A stretch of 64,000 nt of DNA from Anaerolineae bacterium (GTDB lineage: Bacteria; Chloroflexota; Anaerolineae; JAAEKA01). Within the stretch, counting starts at the first letter, position 1. Each line of letters begins with the position of its first letter. A model generated the notes under the pieces. That model made no database searches and was not told the DNA's origin. It saw nothing but the letters and a program-made list of their open reading frames with translations. The DNA lies in contig JBAQCH010000033.1 of assembly GCA_049294015.1 (NCBI GenBank), forward strand, positions 25,049 through 89,048, in the 5' to 3' direction. Made by a program: the position numbers and the translations under genes. Of this stretch, positions 56,714 through 64,000 are shown piece by piece.

Positions 56714-57344
56714 TCCGAAAGATCGCCTCAACGACTGGCCCAAGCTCCAAAATGGTTGGTATCTTGTAGTCAGCAGGGTCGTTGGGGTCGCCGTCGACGA
56801 GTACCGTCGTCATGCCGAGCTGTTTGGCTGGGAAGAGGTTGCGACCGGTGTCTTCGATTAGCACGCACTCCTCGGGACGGGCGTCCAGCAGGCGCAGGCA
56901 GTTGGTGTAGGCAGCCAGGTTGGGCTTGGGGATGTAGCCCACCTCGACTACGTCGACGATGCGGCTGAAGTGGCGGCGGATGCCCAACTGCGTGAGCACA
57001 CGTTCAGCGTGGTTCTGATCGGCGTTGGTGAAGATGACCTTATCGCCTGGCAGGCTGGCCAAAAGGGCGTCCAGTTTAGGGTTGGGTTGGAGCAAATCAG
57101 GAGGGAGGTCATGCACGTAGGCCAGGAAGCGCTCGACGTCCAGTTTGTTGTTGAGCAGCAGCCCCCGCATCGACGTGCCATATTCCTGATGATAGCGCCG
57201 CGCCAATGCGTCCGCCTCCTCCGCCGTCACCCCATACTCCTGCACGATGTAGCGGCGAATCAGCCGCCCAATCTCCTGCATCACCCCAGCATCGCGCGGG
57301 TACAGCGTCTCGTCAAGATCGAACAGAAGGAAACGAATGCTCAT
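56706..57344 (-). CDS. HAD family hydrolase (pyrimidine 5'-nucleotidase-like)
   Basis: FLLFDLDETLY motif I, IFTNA, IEDTGRN. Confidence 0.8.
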   Translation of the reverse strand: MSIRFLLFDLDETLYPRDAGVMQEIGRLIRRYIVQEYGVTAEEADALARRYHQEYGTSMRGLLLNNKLDVERFLAYVHDLPPDLLQPNPKLDALLASLPGDKVIFTNADQNHAERVLTQLGIRRHFSRIVDVVEVGYIPKPNLAAYTNCLRLLDARPEECVLIEDTGRNLFPAKQLGMTTVLVDGDPNDPADYKIPTILELGPVVEAIFRTR

Positions 57345-57355
57345 CGCTCACGTTT

Positions 57356-57398
57356 GTGACAAGGTGACAAGGTGACAGGGTGACAGGGTGACAAGGTG
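57356..57398. repeat. array of 8-mer GTGACARG (5 units)
   Basis: gtgacaag x2, gtgacagg x2, gtgacaag. Same family as 32257-32290 in the opposite orientation. Confidence 0.85.
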
Positions 57399-57433
57399 CC
57401 TGGATGACTGGGTGGCGACTCTACAGCCCGACA

Positions 57434-57496
57434 ATCTGCCACCTGCCACTTGACACCTGCAACTTGCAACTTGCAACCTGCACCCTGCAACTCAGG
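57434..57496. repeat. array of 7-mer ACYTGCA (about 9 units)
   Basis: atctgcc acctgcc acttgac acctgca acttgca acttgca acctgca ccctgca actcagg. It is the complement of the GGTTGCA family; the M55 stop (57492-57494) is inside. Confidence 0.8.
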
Positions 57497-58301
57497 ACGC
57501 CAGCCTGACCATCGCTCGGAAGGTCCGGTACACGGTCAAATAGTCGTCGTGGGCATACTCGACGGTGTAGCCATCCAGACGGCGCGCGCCAGGGACCAGG
57601 CTGGCATAGTCAGCCATCAGGCTGGATTTGAGCTGCATACGCAGCACCACCGGCGTCGCTAACTTCAAGGGCAGAACCTCGCTGCTGAGCGCGTTCTCGG
57701 CGGCCTGACGGATCAAGCTCTGCGCCTCCTCCGGGTGCAGGCAGTTGGCGGCCTGGTTGCCCACCGCCCGTTTAACTGTCACCGTCTGCAAGGACGGCCC
57801 CAGAAGCGCGGCTGCCTCGGCTGTTGCAGCCTGGTCGCCAGTGACCAGGCCGACCGGCACGCCATGAAAGCCGGCCAAGGCCGCGTTGAGGCCGATCTCG
57901 CCCACTGGCCGGCCGTTCAGCTCCACGTGATGGACGCAGCGGCTGCTGTACGTGTGGTCAAGAATGGCGTTGAGCGTGCCAGCCCGCGCGTGATAGCCTA
58001 TCAGGAACACGACGCCGAAGCTGTCATCCAGGCCCTCCATCATGCCAAAGGGCTTGGGTGAGCCGTAGATCAGGTCGGCCCAGGTGTCCAACTCCTCGAT
58101 CAAGAGATTGCGCATGTTGCCGTGCGAGTCGCTGACTGCTACTTCGGCGGCGCCGGCTGCCCTGGCGCCCAGGATCGCGGCGTTGGCCTCCTGGGTCATC
58201 AGCAGCCGGGCACGTTCGTAATCCGGATTGCCAGGCGTACATTGCTCCGGACTGACTACTCCGGAGATGCCCTCCATGTCGATAGAGACAAATACTTTCA
58301 T
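57492..58301 (-). CDS. M55 family metallopeptidase (DppA-like D-aminopeptidase)
   Basis: MKVFVSIDMEGISGV start at ATG 58301; VSDSHG. Confidence 0.8.
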   Translation of the reverse strand: MKVFVSIDMEGISGVVSPEQCTPGNPDYERARLLMTQEANAAILGARAAGAAEVAVSDSHGNMRNLLIEELDTWADLIYGSPKPFGMMEGLDDSFGVVFLIGYHARAGTLNAILDHTYSSRCVHHVELNGRPVGEIGLNAALAGFHGVPVGLVTGDQAATAEAAALLGPSLQTVTVKRAVGNQAANCLHPEEAQSLIRQAAENALSSEVLPLKLATPVVLRMQLKSSLMADYASLVPGARRLDGYTVEYAHDDYLTVYRTFRAMVRLAS

Positions 58302-58515
58302 GGTCGTCCTTATACTGCTGCCAGAACAGAGCTGGGTTGGGTGCCAATGGCGCAATCATAGCACATGGATGGGGCTTTGACAAGCACTGCCCTTGCCAAT
58401 TCCATCACTCTCGCCGGCCCTGCACTCATACCTCTCATGCGCGCCAGCGGGGGGTGCGAAAAGGGGGACTGGCTGCGGCCAGTCCCCCTGGGGGAGATCG
58501 CACAACGAGACGAGT

Positions 58516-59535
58516 CTAGCTCTCGAGCACTTGGATCAGGGCTGGGATGATCTCCTCAACCTCGCCGACGATGCCGTAGTCGGCGTGTTTGAAGATCGGC
58601 GCGTCGGGGTTGTGGTTGATGGCCACGATGCAGCGCGCCTTCTCCGTGGCGCCAAAGTGCTGGAAGGTGCCGCGGATGCCCACAGCCACATACAGCGCTG
58701 GCGCGACGGTGTGCCCAGTCAGGTCCACCATGTGCTCCGGTCCGATCCAGCCTTCGTCCACCGCGCCGCGTGAGCCGGCGACGGCGATAGCCTTGTGCGG
58801 CAGCCGGCGGGCTACGGCCGCAGCCAGTTCCTCGATCAGCTGCCAACCGGCCGAGCGCAGGCCACGGCCGCCAGCGATGATGATGTCGGCCTTCTCCAGC
58901 GGGATGTAGTAAGCCGGCGGCTCCACGGGGGTCAGCGGCGGCTGCGGCTTCCACTCCAGCTCGACCTGTTCCACGTCGCCGCTGCGCCAGCTATCGTACT
59001 CCGGCGTAGCGAAGACGCCCTGCTGCACAGTGGCGATCTGCGGGTTGGTCTTGCACTCTACCACCCGGTAGGCGGCGCCGTGGTAGATCGGTACAGCCAC
59101 CACCAAGCTGCGTTCTTCGGCGTTGATTGACAGGTCTGTCGCGTGGGTGACTAACGCACACTTGAGGCGCTGCGCCAGGCGCGGCGCCATCTTGCGACCG
59201 CCAGCCGCGTCGGCGAAGAGCAGAATCTCCGGTTTGTGCTGATTGAAGAACTCCAGCAGGCTGTGGCCGGTGGGATACCCTGCGCCCCAGAAAGCGGCGT
59301 CAGCGCCATAGGCGATCAGCTCGCGCGCCAGGTCTTCGCTGGCATCGTCGCCCACTAACAAAACATGGACGTAGGCGCCCAGGCTGTCGGCCAGGTTGCG
59401 CGCCTTGCCCACGACTTGCAGGTCGCACGGTCGCAACTGCGATTCCCAGGCGATGGCCACCACCCAGATATTGCGATAGCCCTCTTCTTCCTCGACGGCG
59501 CCGCCGAGCAGTTGTTCCAGAAATGACAGGTCCAT
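58516..59535 (-). CDS. etfA: electron transfer flavoprotein subunit alpha
   Basis: C-terminal FAD-binding pattern AVAGSRGAVDEGW...GHTVAPALYVAVGIRGTFQH...IVAINHNPDAPIF. Confidence 0.9.
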   Translation of the reverse strand: MDLSFLEQLLGGAVEEEEGYRNIWVVAIAWESQLRPCDLQVVGKARNLADSLGAYVHVLLVGDDASEDLARELIAYGADAAFWGAGYPTGHSLLEFFNQHKPEILLFADAAGGRKMAPRLAQRLKCALVTHATDLSINAEERSLVVAVPIYHGAAYRVVECKTNPQIATVQQGVFATPEYDSWRSGDVEQVELEWKPQPPLTPVEPPAYYIPLEKADIIIAGGRGLRSAGWQLIEELAAAVARRLPHKAIAVAGSRGAVDEGWIGPEHMVDLTGHTVAPALYVAVGIRGTFQHFGATEKARCIVAINHNPDAPIFKHADYGIVGEVEEIIPALIQVLES

Positions 59536-59553
59536 AGGGTCTCTCCTGACCGG

Positions 59554-60336
59554 CTAGATAACGCGTCGCGCGCGCAGCATGGCAATCAGCGTCTGGGCGG
59601 CTTCTTGCGGCTCACCTTCGACGATGAAGCCCATCTGCCGGGCGGGCGGGATGCGCAGTTGCCGGCCGGTGGTGGGGGCTGGCAGCGTCGTTGGGTCGAT
59701 ACCCAGCGCCAGGCTGCTCCACACCTCCACGTTGCGCACGCGGTAGGCGTTGATGATGTCGGCGCCGTGGGGGTAGCGCGGGTGTTCGGGCGTCTGCAGG
59801 ACGGTGGCCACGGCCGGCAAGGGGTAGCTGCTGTCGTAGTACTGCTCGTCAGCGTATTGCAGGCCGGTGATGTGACCCCCTTCCAGTCCCATCTGCACCG
59901 CGCTCAGCATGACCGGCCAGCCGCCCAGCTCGATGGCCAGGCGCGGCCCCAAGGTGCCGCTGCCGGTGTCCAGCGCCATGTAGCCGGTCATGACCAACTG
60001 CACGTTGCGCAAGCGGCGAATGGCGGCGGCGATGATCTGGGCCAGACCGGCCGAACGGGCTTTGACGATGTGCGCATCGCTGAGCAGGATAGCCCGGTCG
60101 CAACCCAAGGCTAAGGCCTCGCGCAACACATCCTCCACCTCAGGCTGGCCCAATGACATGGCGATGACCTCGATCGTTGGGTCCGCCTCCTTGAAGCGCA
60201 GCGCAGCATCCAGCGCCCAGCGGTCGGGCGGGTTCATGATCTTCCTGGCGCCACGATCGTCGATAGTCTGTTGACTGCGGCTGACCTTGATGGTCTCCGG
60301 GTCCAGGATCTGTTTGATGCAAACAACTATTCGCAC
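59554..60336 (-). CDS. etfB: electron transfer flavoprotein subunit beta
   Basis: MRIVVCIKQILDPE..., 260 aa, upstream of etfA. Confidence 0.9.
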   Translation of the reverse strand: MRIVVCIKQILDPETIKVSRSQQTIDDRGARKIMNPPDRWALDAALRFKEADPTIEVIAMSLGQPEVEDVLREALALGCDRAILLSDAHIVKARSAGLAQIIAAAIRRLRNVQLVMTGYMALDTGSGTLGPRLAIELGGWPVMLSAVQMGLEGGHITGLQYADEQYYDSSYPLPAVATVLQTPEHPRYPHGADIINAYRVRNVEVWSSLALGIDPTTLPAPTTGRQLRIPPARQMGFIVEGEPQEAAQTLIAMLRARRVI

Positions 60337-60351
60337 TGCTCGCCTCCTTGG

Positions 60352-61515
60352 CTACGGCTCGATAAACACGCCGACTTCCTTGAGCAGGTCGCGGGCGATG
60401 ATGATGCGCTGGATCTCGTTGGTGCCCTCGAAGATCTCGGCGATGCGCGCGTCGCGGAAGGCCCGCTCCAGCGGGTAGTCGCGGCTCAACCCCAGCGCGC
60501 CGTGGATCTCCATGGCGTAGCTGACGGCCTTGCTGGCGATCTCGCTGCCGCGCAGCTTGCAAACGTAGGCCTCGCGCGCGAAGGGGCGGTGGTTGTCCAC
60601 CATCCAGGCGGTGCGATAGACCTGCCCGCGCAACATCTCGATGTCACAGTAGAGATCAGCGATCATGAACTGCACTTGCTGCTGATGGGCCAGCGGCATG
60701 CCGAACTTCTCAGCCAGCCGGGCGTAGTCGACGATCATCTCCAGCGCCTTCTGCGCGCCGCCCAGCGAAGCCGCGCCGACGGTCACGCGGCCCAGGTCCA
60801 GCGTCTTCATGAAGGTCACAAAGCCCAAGCCTTCCTGGCCGATGATGTTGGCCGCCGGCACCTCGACCTCGTCGAAGATCACTTCAGAGGTGGCAGAGGC
60901 GCGGATGCCCAGCTTTTTCTCGATGACGCCGATCTTGGTGCCCATCTCCTTCTCGACCACGAAGGCCGTCACGCCGCCGCGCGCGCCCAGAGCTGGGTCG
61001 GTCACGGCCAGCACAGAGAAAAGTTCGGCGAAGGGGCCGTTGCTGATGTAGATCTTGGTGCCGTTGATGACCCAGTTGCCGTTGGAGCGCACAGCACGCG
61101 TCTTGATGGCGGCTGCGTCGGATCCTGCGCCCGGTTCCGTCAGGCAGAACGCGCCGATCTTCGTTCCCTGCGCCAGCGGCGTCAGGTACTTCTCCTTCAG
61201 CGCGTGCGAGCCGTCCACATAGAGCGCCATGGCAGCGATGCCGATGTGGGCGCCAACCACAGTGGCCATGGCGCTGTCCACCCGGCTGATCTCTTCCATC
61301 AGGATCACGTAGCCTGTCTCGCCTGCGCCGCTGCCGCCGTATTCCTGGGGGAAGGGGATGCCGAAGAGGCCGGCCTTGGCCGCCACCTGGATGGCATCCA
61401 TCGGCACCTCGGCCTTCTCGTCGGCCTCCTCGGCCACCGGGCCGAATTCGTTCTCCATCACGTCACGGATCATCTGGCGCAACAGGTCGTACTCTTTGGG
61501 TAGTGTCAGGTCCAT
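60352..61515 (-). CDS. acyl-CoA dehydrogenase
   Basis: CLTEPGAGSD, YPLERAFRDARIAEIFEGTNEIQ; start set at ATG 61515. Confidence 0.9.
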   Translation of the reverse strand: MDLTLPKEYDLLRQMIRDVMENEFGPVAEEADEKAEVPMDAIQVAAKAGLFGIPFPQEYGGSGAGETGYVILMEEISRVDSAMATVVGAHIGIAAMALYVDGSHALKEKYLTPLAQGTKIGAFCLTEPGAGSDAAAIKTRAVRSNGNWVINGTKIYISNGPFAELFSVLAVTDPALGARGGVTAFVVEKEMGTKIGVIEKKLGIRASATSEVIFDEVEVPAANIIGQEGLGFVTFMKTLDLGRVTVGAASLGGAQKALEMIVDYARLAEKFGMPLAHQQQVQFMIADLYCDIEMLRGQVYRTAWMVDNHRPFAREAYVCKLRGSEIASKAVSYAMEIHGALGLSRDYPLERAFRDARIAEIFEGTNEIQRIIIARDLLKEVGVFIEP

Positions 61516-61558
61516 AAGGTTTACCTTTTTTGCAGGTTGGTGCGAGAGTCGGGGCAAA

Positions 61559-61646
61559 CCGTAACCCGTAATCCGTAACTCGTAACCGGAGATTGCGTGC
61601 GCAGGCTCCGGGTTACGTGTTACGTGTTACGCATTACGTGTTAAGC
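61559..61646. repeat. tandem-unit hairpin element, CGTAAC family
   Basis: ccgtaacccgtaatccgtaactcgtaaccgga / tccgggttacgtgttacgtgttacgcattacgtgttaagc. The acd stop TAA (61641-61643) is inside the right arm. Confidence 0.85.
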
Positions 61647-62780
61647 CGCAAACCCATACGCCGCCAGCACACTCTTGGCAATAGCCGTCTGCTGCGAGCG
61701 GTTGGTGCCCTCGATGCCCTCGATGGTGCGGCAATCGCGGAAGACGCGGCCGATGGCGTAGTCCAGGATGTAGCCGTAGCCGCCGTGCGTCTGGATCATA
61801 CGGTTGCCCACCTGGTAGGCCACGCGGTTGGCCCACAGCTTGGCGATGGCGGCTGCTTCGCGGTCTAAATTGCCCTGCTCGGCCAGCGAGGCGCAGCGAT
61901 AGATCTGGCTGCGCAGCGTCTCCACCTCCAACGCCGAGTCGGCGATGAAGCCCTGGATCGCACCCTTGCGCGCAATCTCGCTGCCGAACTGCTTGCGATC
62001 GATAGCGAACTTGACGCCCAGCTCCAGCGCATGGTGCGCGCCGCCCAAGGCGATAGCCGCCATGGAGAGCCGCGAGAAGTCGGCCACCTGGTCCAGCACA
62101 GCCTGCGCGCCGCCAGGCTCGCCGAGCACGGCCTCGGCCGGCACAGCCACGTCGTTGAGGTACAGCGGGTGAATTTGCACCCCGCGCATACCCAGGGTCT
62201 TGTCGCGCTGGCCCAGCTTGATCCCGTCGGCGTCGGCGGGAACCAGAAACGCGGTCGGCCCTTCCGGCGCCACTGCGAAGATCACAAACAGTCCAGCGAT
62301 GCCCGCGTTAGAGACCCACGCTTTGGTGCCGTGCAAGGTATAGCCGTCATCTGCGGCCCTGGCCTGGGCCTGCAGCGATCCCAGCGAGATAGCGTCGGGC
62401 TCGTTCAACGCCCAGGCGCCGATAGCGCTGCCCTCAGCCAAAGCCGGCAGCCACTCCTCCTTCTGCGCCTCTGTGCCGCAGAGCAGGATGGCCTGGCTGG
62501 CCAGGCTGTTGTGGACATGCAGCACCATAGCCGTGCTCATGTCCGACTTGGCAATCTCCTCCAGCAGCAGGGTGTAGCTGATGGGATCCAGCGCGGCGCC
62601 GCCGTAGTCCTCCGGCGTTAGCGCGCCCAGAAAACCCTGCGCTGCGGCCTTCTTCAGCAACGCGGCCGGCACGTTCTCGTCGTCGGCCATATGCTCCGCC
62701 CGCGGCTCCACCTCCTTGGCTGCAAAGCCCGCGAACATCTCGCGGAACATGGCTTGCTCTTCGGTGAAGGCATAGTTCAT
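61641..62780 (-). CDS. acyl-CoA dehydrogenase
   Basis: MNYAFTEEQAMFREMF start at ATG 62780 behind GGAGG; ALNEPDA, GRVFRDCRTIEGIEGTN. Confidence 0.9.
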   Translation of the reverse strand: MNYAFTEEQAMFREMFAGFAAKEVEPRAEHMADDENVPAALLKKAAAQGFLGALTPEDYGGAALDPISYTLLLEEIAKSDMSTAMVLHVHNSLASQAILLCGTEAQKEEWLPALAEGSAIGAWALNEPDAISLGSLQAQARAADDGYTLHGTKAWVSNAGIAGLFVIFAVAPEGPTAFLVPADADGIKLGQRDKTLGMRGVQIHPLYLNDVAVPAEAVLGEPGGAQAVLDQVADFSRLSMAAIALGGAHHALELGVKFAIDRKQFGSEIARKGAIQGFIADSALEVETLRSQIYRCASLAEQGNLDREAAAIAKLWANRVAYQVGNRMIQTHGGYGYILDYAIGRVFRDCRTIEGIEGTNRSQQTAIAKSVLAAYGFAA

Positions 62781-62790
62781 GGGGGCCTCC

Positions 62791-62892
62791 TTGGATGGTA
62801 GATTGGGAATTGGTAAATTGGTAAATTGGTAGATTGGTGCGCAGGCTGCGGACCAATCTACCAATCTACCACCTACCAATCTACCACCTAAC
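62791..62892. repeat. tandem-unit hairpin element, GGTAGATT family
   Basis: Left arm of ggtagatt/gggaattg/gtaaattg units; right arm gaccaatctaccaatctaccacctaccaatctaccaccta. The crt stop TAG (62888-62890) is inside. Confidence 0.9.
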
Positions 62893-63676
62893 TATCCGTA
62901 AAATTCGCCCGGCGCTTCTCGATGAAGGCCAGGATGCCCTCGCGGGCGTCGTTGGTCATGGCCAGGCCGGTGATGCCGTCCAGCTCGACCGCCAGCCCCT
63001 CGGCCAGCGGCAGGTCAGCGCCGGCGTTGATGGCCTCTAGCGCCTTGGCAATGGACACGCCGCCCTTCTCGGTGATCTTCTTGGCCAGGCCCATAGCCTC
63101 TTTGACGACGGCGGTGGCCGGCACGACCTTGTTGACCAGGTTGATGCGATAGGCTTCCTGGGCGTTGATGATGTCGCCGGTCAGGATCATCTCGATGGCC
63201 TTGGCCTTGCCCACCACCCGCTGCAAGCGCTGCGTGCCGCCCCAGCCGGGCATGATGCCCAGGTTGATCTCCGGCAGGCCGAAGCGGGCCTTATCGCCGG
63301 CGATGCGCATGTGGCAAGCCAGCGCCAGCTCCAGGCCGCCGCCCAGCGCCACCGCGTTGATGGCCGCGATCACCGGCTTCTGGCTGGCCTCGATCTTGCT
63401 AAACAGCGCCTGTCCCTTTTGCATGTAGGCGCGAATAGCAGCCTCGTCGCCCTCCATGCCCTTGATCTCCTTGATGTCGGCGCCGGCAACGAAGGCAAAC
63501 TGCCCCGCGCCGGTCAGGACGATAGCCTTGACCTCGGCGTTGTTGGTCGCCTCGTCGAAGGCTGCCTCCAACTCGTCCAGCGTGCGGCGGTCGAAGGCGT
63601 TGGCCGGCGGATGGTCGATAGCAACCACGGCGATGCGGTCCTGCACGCCGAATTTGATGTTCTGGTACTCTGCCAT
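62888..63676 (-). CDS. enoyl-CoA hydratase
   Basis: PPANAF, FVAGADIKE, AAINAVALGGGLELALACH; start at ATG 63676 behind AGGAG. Confidence 0.9.
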   Translation of the reverse strand: MAEYQNIKFGVQDRIAVVAIDHPPANAFDRRTLDELEAAFDEATNNAEVKAIVLTGAGQFAFVAGADIKEIKGMEGDEAAIRAYMQKGQALFSKIEASQKPVIAAINAVALGGGLELALACHMRIAGDKARFGLPEINLGIMPGWGGTQRLQRVVGKAKAIEMILTGDIINAQEAYRINLVNKVVPATAVVKEAMGLAKKITEKGGVSIAKALEAINAGADLPLAEGLAVELDGITGLAMTNDAREGILAFIEKRRANFTDS

Positions 63677-63691
63677 GGGGGTGTCTCCTGT

Positions 63692-63818
63692 GTTGGTAGA
63701 TTGGTAGACTGGTAGATTGGTAAAGTGGTAGATTGGTAGATTGGTCAGGTGGTCGCGTGGCCGGGCGACAGACCAAGCTACCAATCTACCTCGTACCAAT
63801 CTACCAATCTACCATGCC
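63692..63818. repeat. tandem-unit hairpin element, GGTAGATT family (largest copy)
   Basis: Left arm of about 7 units (ggtagatt, ggtagact, ggtaaagt...); right arm gaccaagctaccaatctacctcgtaccaatctaccaatctacc. The hbd stop TAG (63809-63811) is inside. Confidence 0.9.
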
Positions 63819-64000
63819 ATATGCTCGTGAAAGCCGCGGCCGCTCTGCTTGCCCAGATGGCCGGCGCGCACTTTGGTCTTCAGCAGCAGCGAGGGGCGGA
63901 AGCGCTCGCCGCCCCAGGGTTCGTGCAGCATCTGCTCCAGGCCGGCCAGCACCACGTCCAGGCCGATCTCGTCGGCGATGGCCAGCGGGCCGACCCGCTC
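63809..64000 (-). CDS. 3-hydroxyacyl-CoA dehydrogenase, C-terminal part (partial at window edge)
   Basis: Minus-strand translation ...GPLAIADEIGLDVVLAGLEQMLHEPWGGERFRPSLLLKTKVRAGHLGKQSGRGFHEHMAW*. Confidence 0.75.
   Translation of the reverse strand, partial: ERVGPLAIADEIGLDVVLAGLEQMLHEPWGGERFRPSLLLKTKVRAGHLGKQSGRGFHEHMAW

Overview
GC-rich bacterial chromosomal window; GC was not computed. The gene content looks Chloroflexota-like, but that is a guess. It is mostly housekeeping genes. In order: an ABC-2 exporter, proA, an envelope glycan locus (GT2, GT4, flippase-like protein, DUF2079, GT39-like), scpB and sfsA. Then a six-tRNA cluster next to RNase P RNA, moeA-moaC-moaDE, fadD, ccmH-tlpA-ccmF, and three tRNAs downstream of a T-box-controlled serS. 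Finally mreBCD-mrdA-rodA, a dipeptidase, add, and a beta-oxidation/ETF operon (hbd-crt-acd-acd-etfBA). Small islets that look AT-richer by eye are interspersed. They carry toxin-antitoxin-like pairs (DUF3368/UPF0175, DUF2442 with a collapsed DUF4160, hypothetical+HNH, HEPN-like pair, HicBA, DUF433/DUF5615), a type I R-M scar and a MITE-like insertion. Two things stand out. (1) At least 14 gene junctions are filled by elements built from tandem 7- or 8-nt units, usually arranged as inverted arms (hairpins). The arm orientation is fixed relative to gene direction, many stop codons lie inside the arms, and copies occur inside a CDS and inside the serS T-box leader. (2) A translationally coupled gene pair encodes XRE-type HTH domains fused to Hfq/Sm-like C-terminal domains, one through a long Ser/Gly/Tyr/Arg-rich repeat region. 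No rRNA, CRISPR array, integrase or prophage was seen. All calls come from reading the sequence and ORF track; no database search was run.
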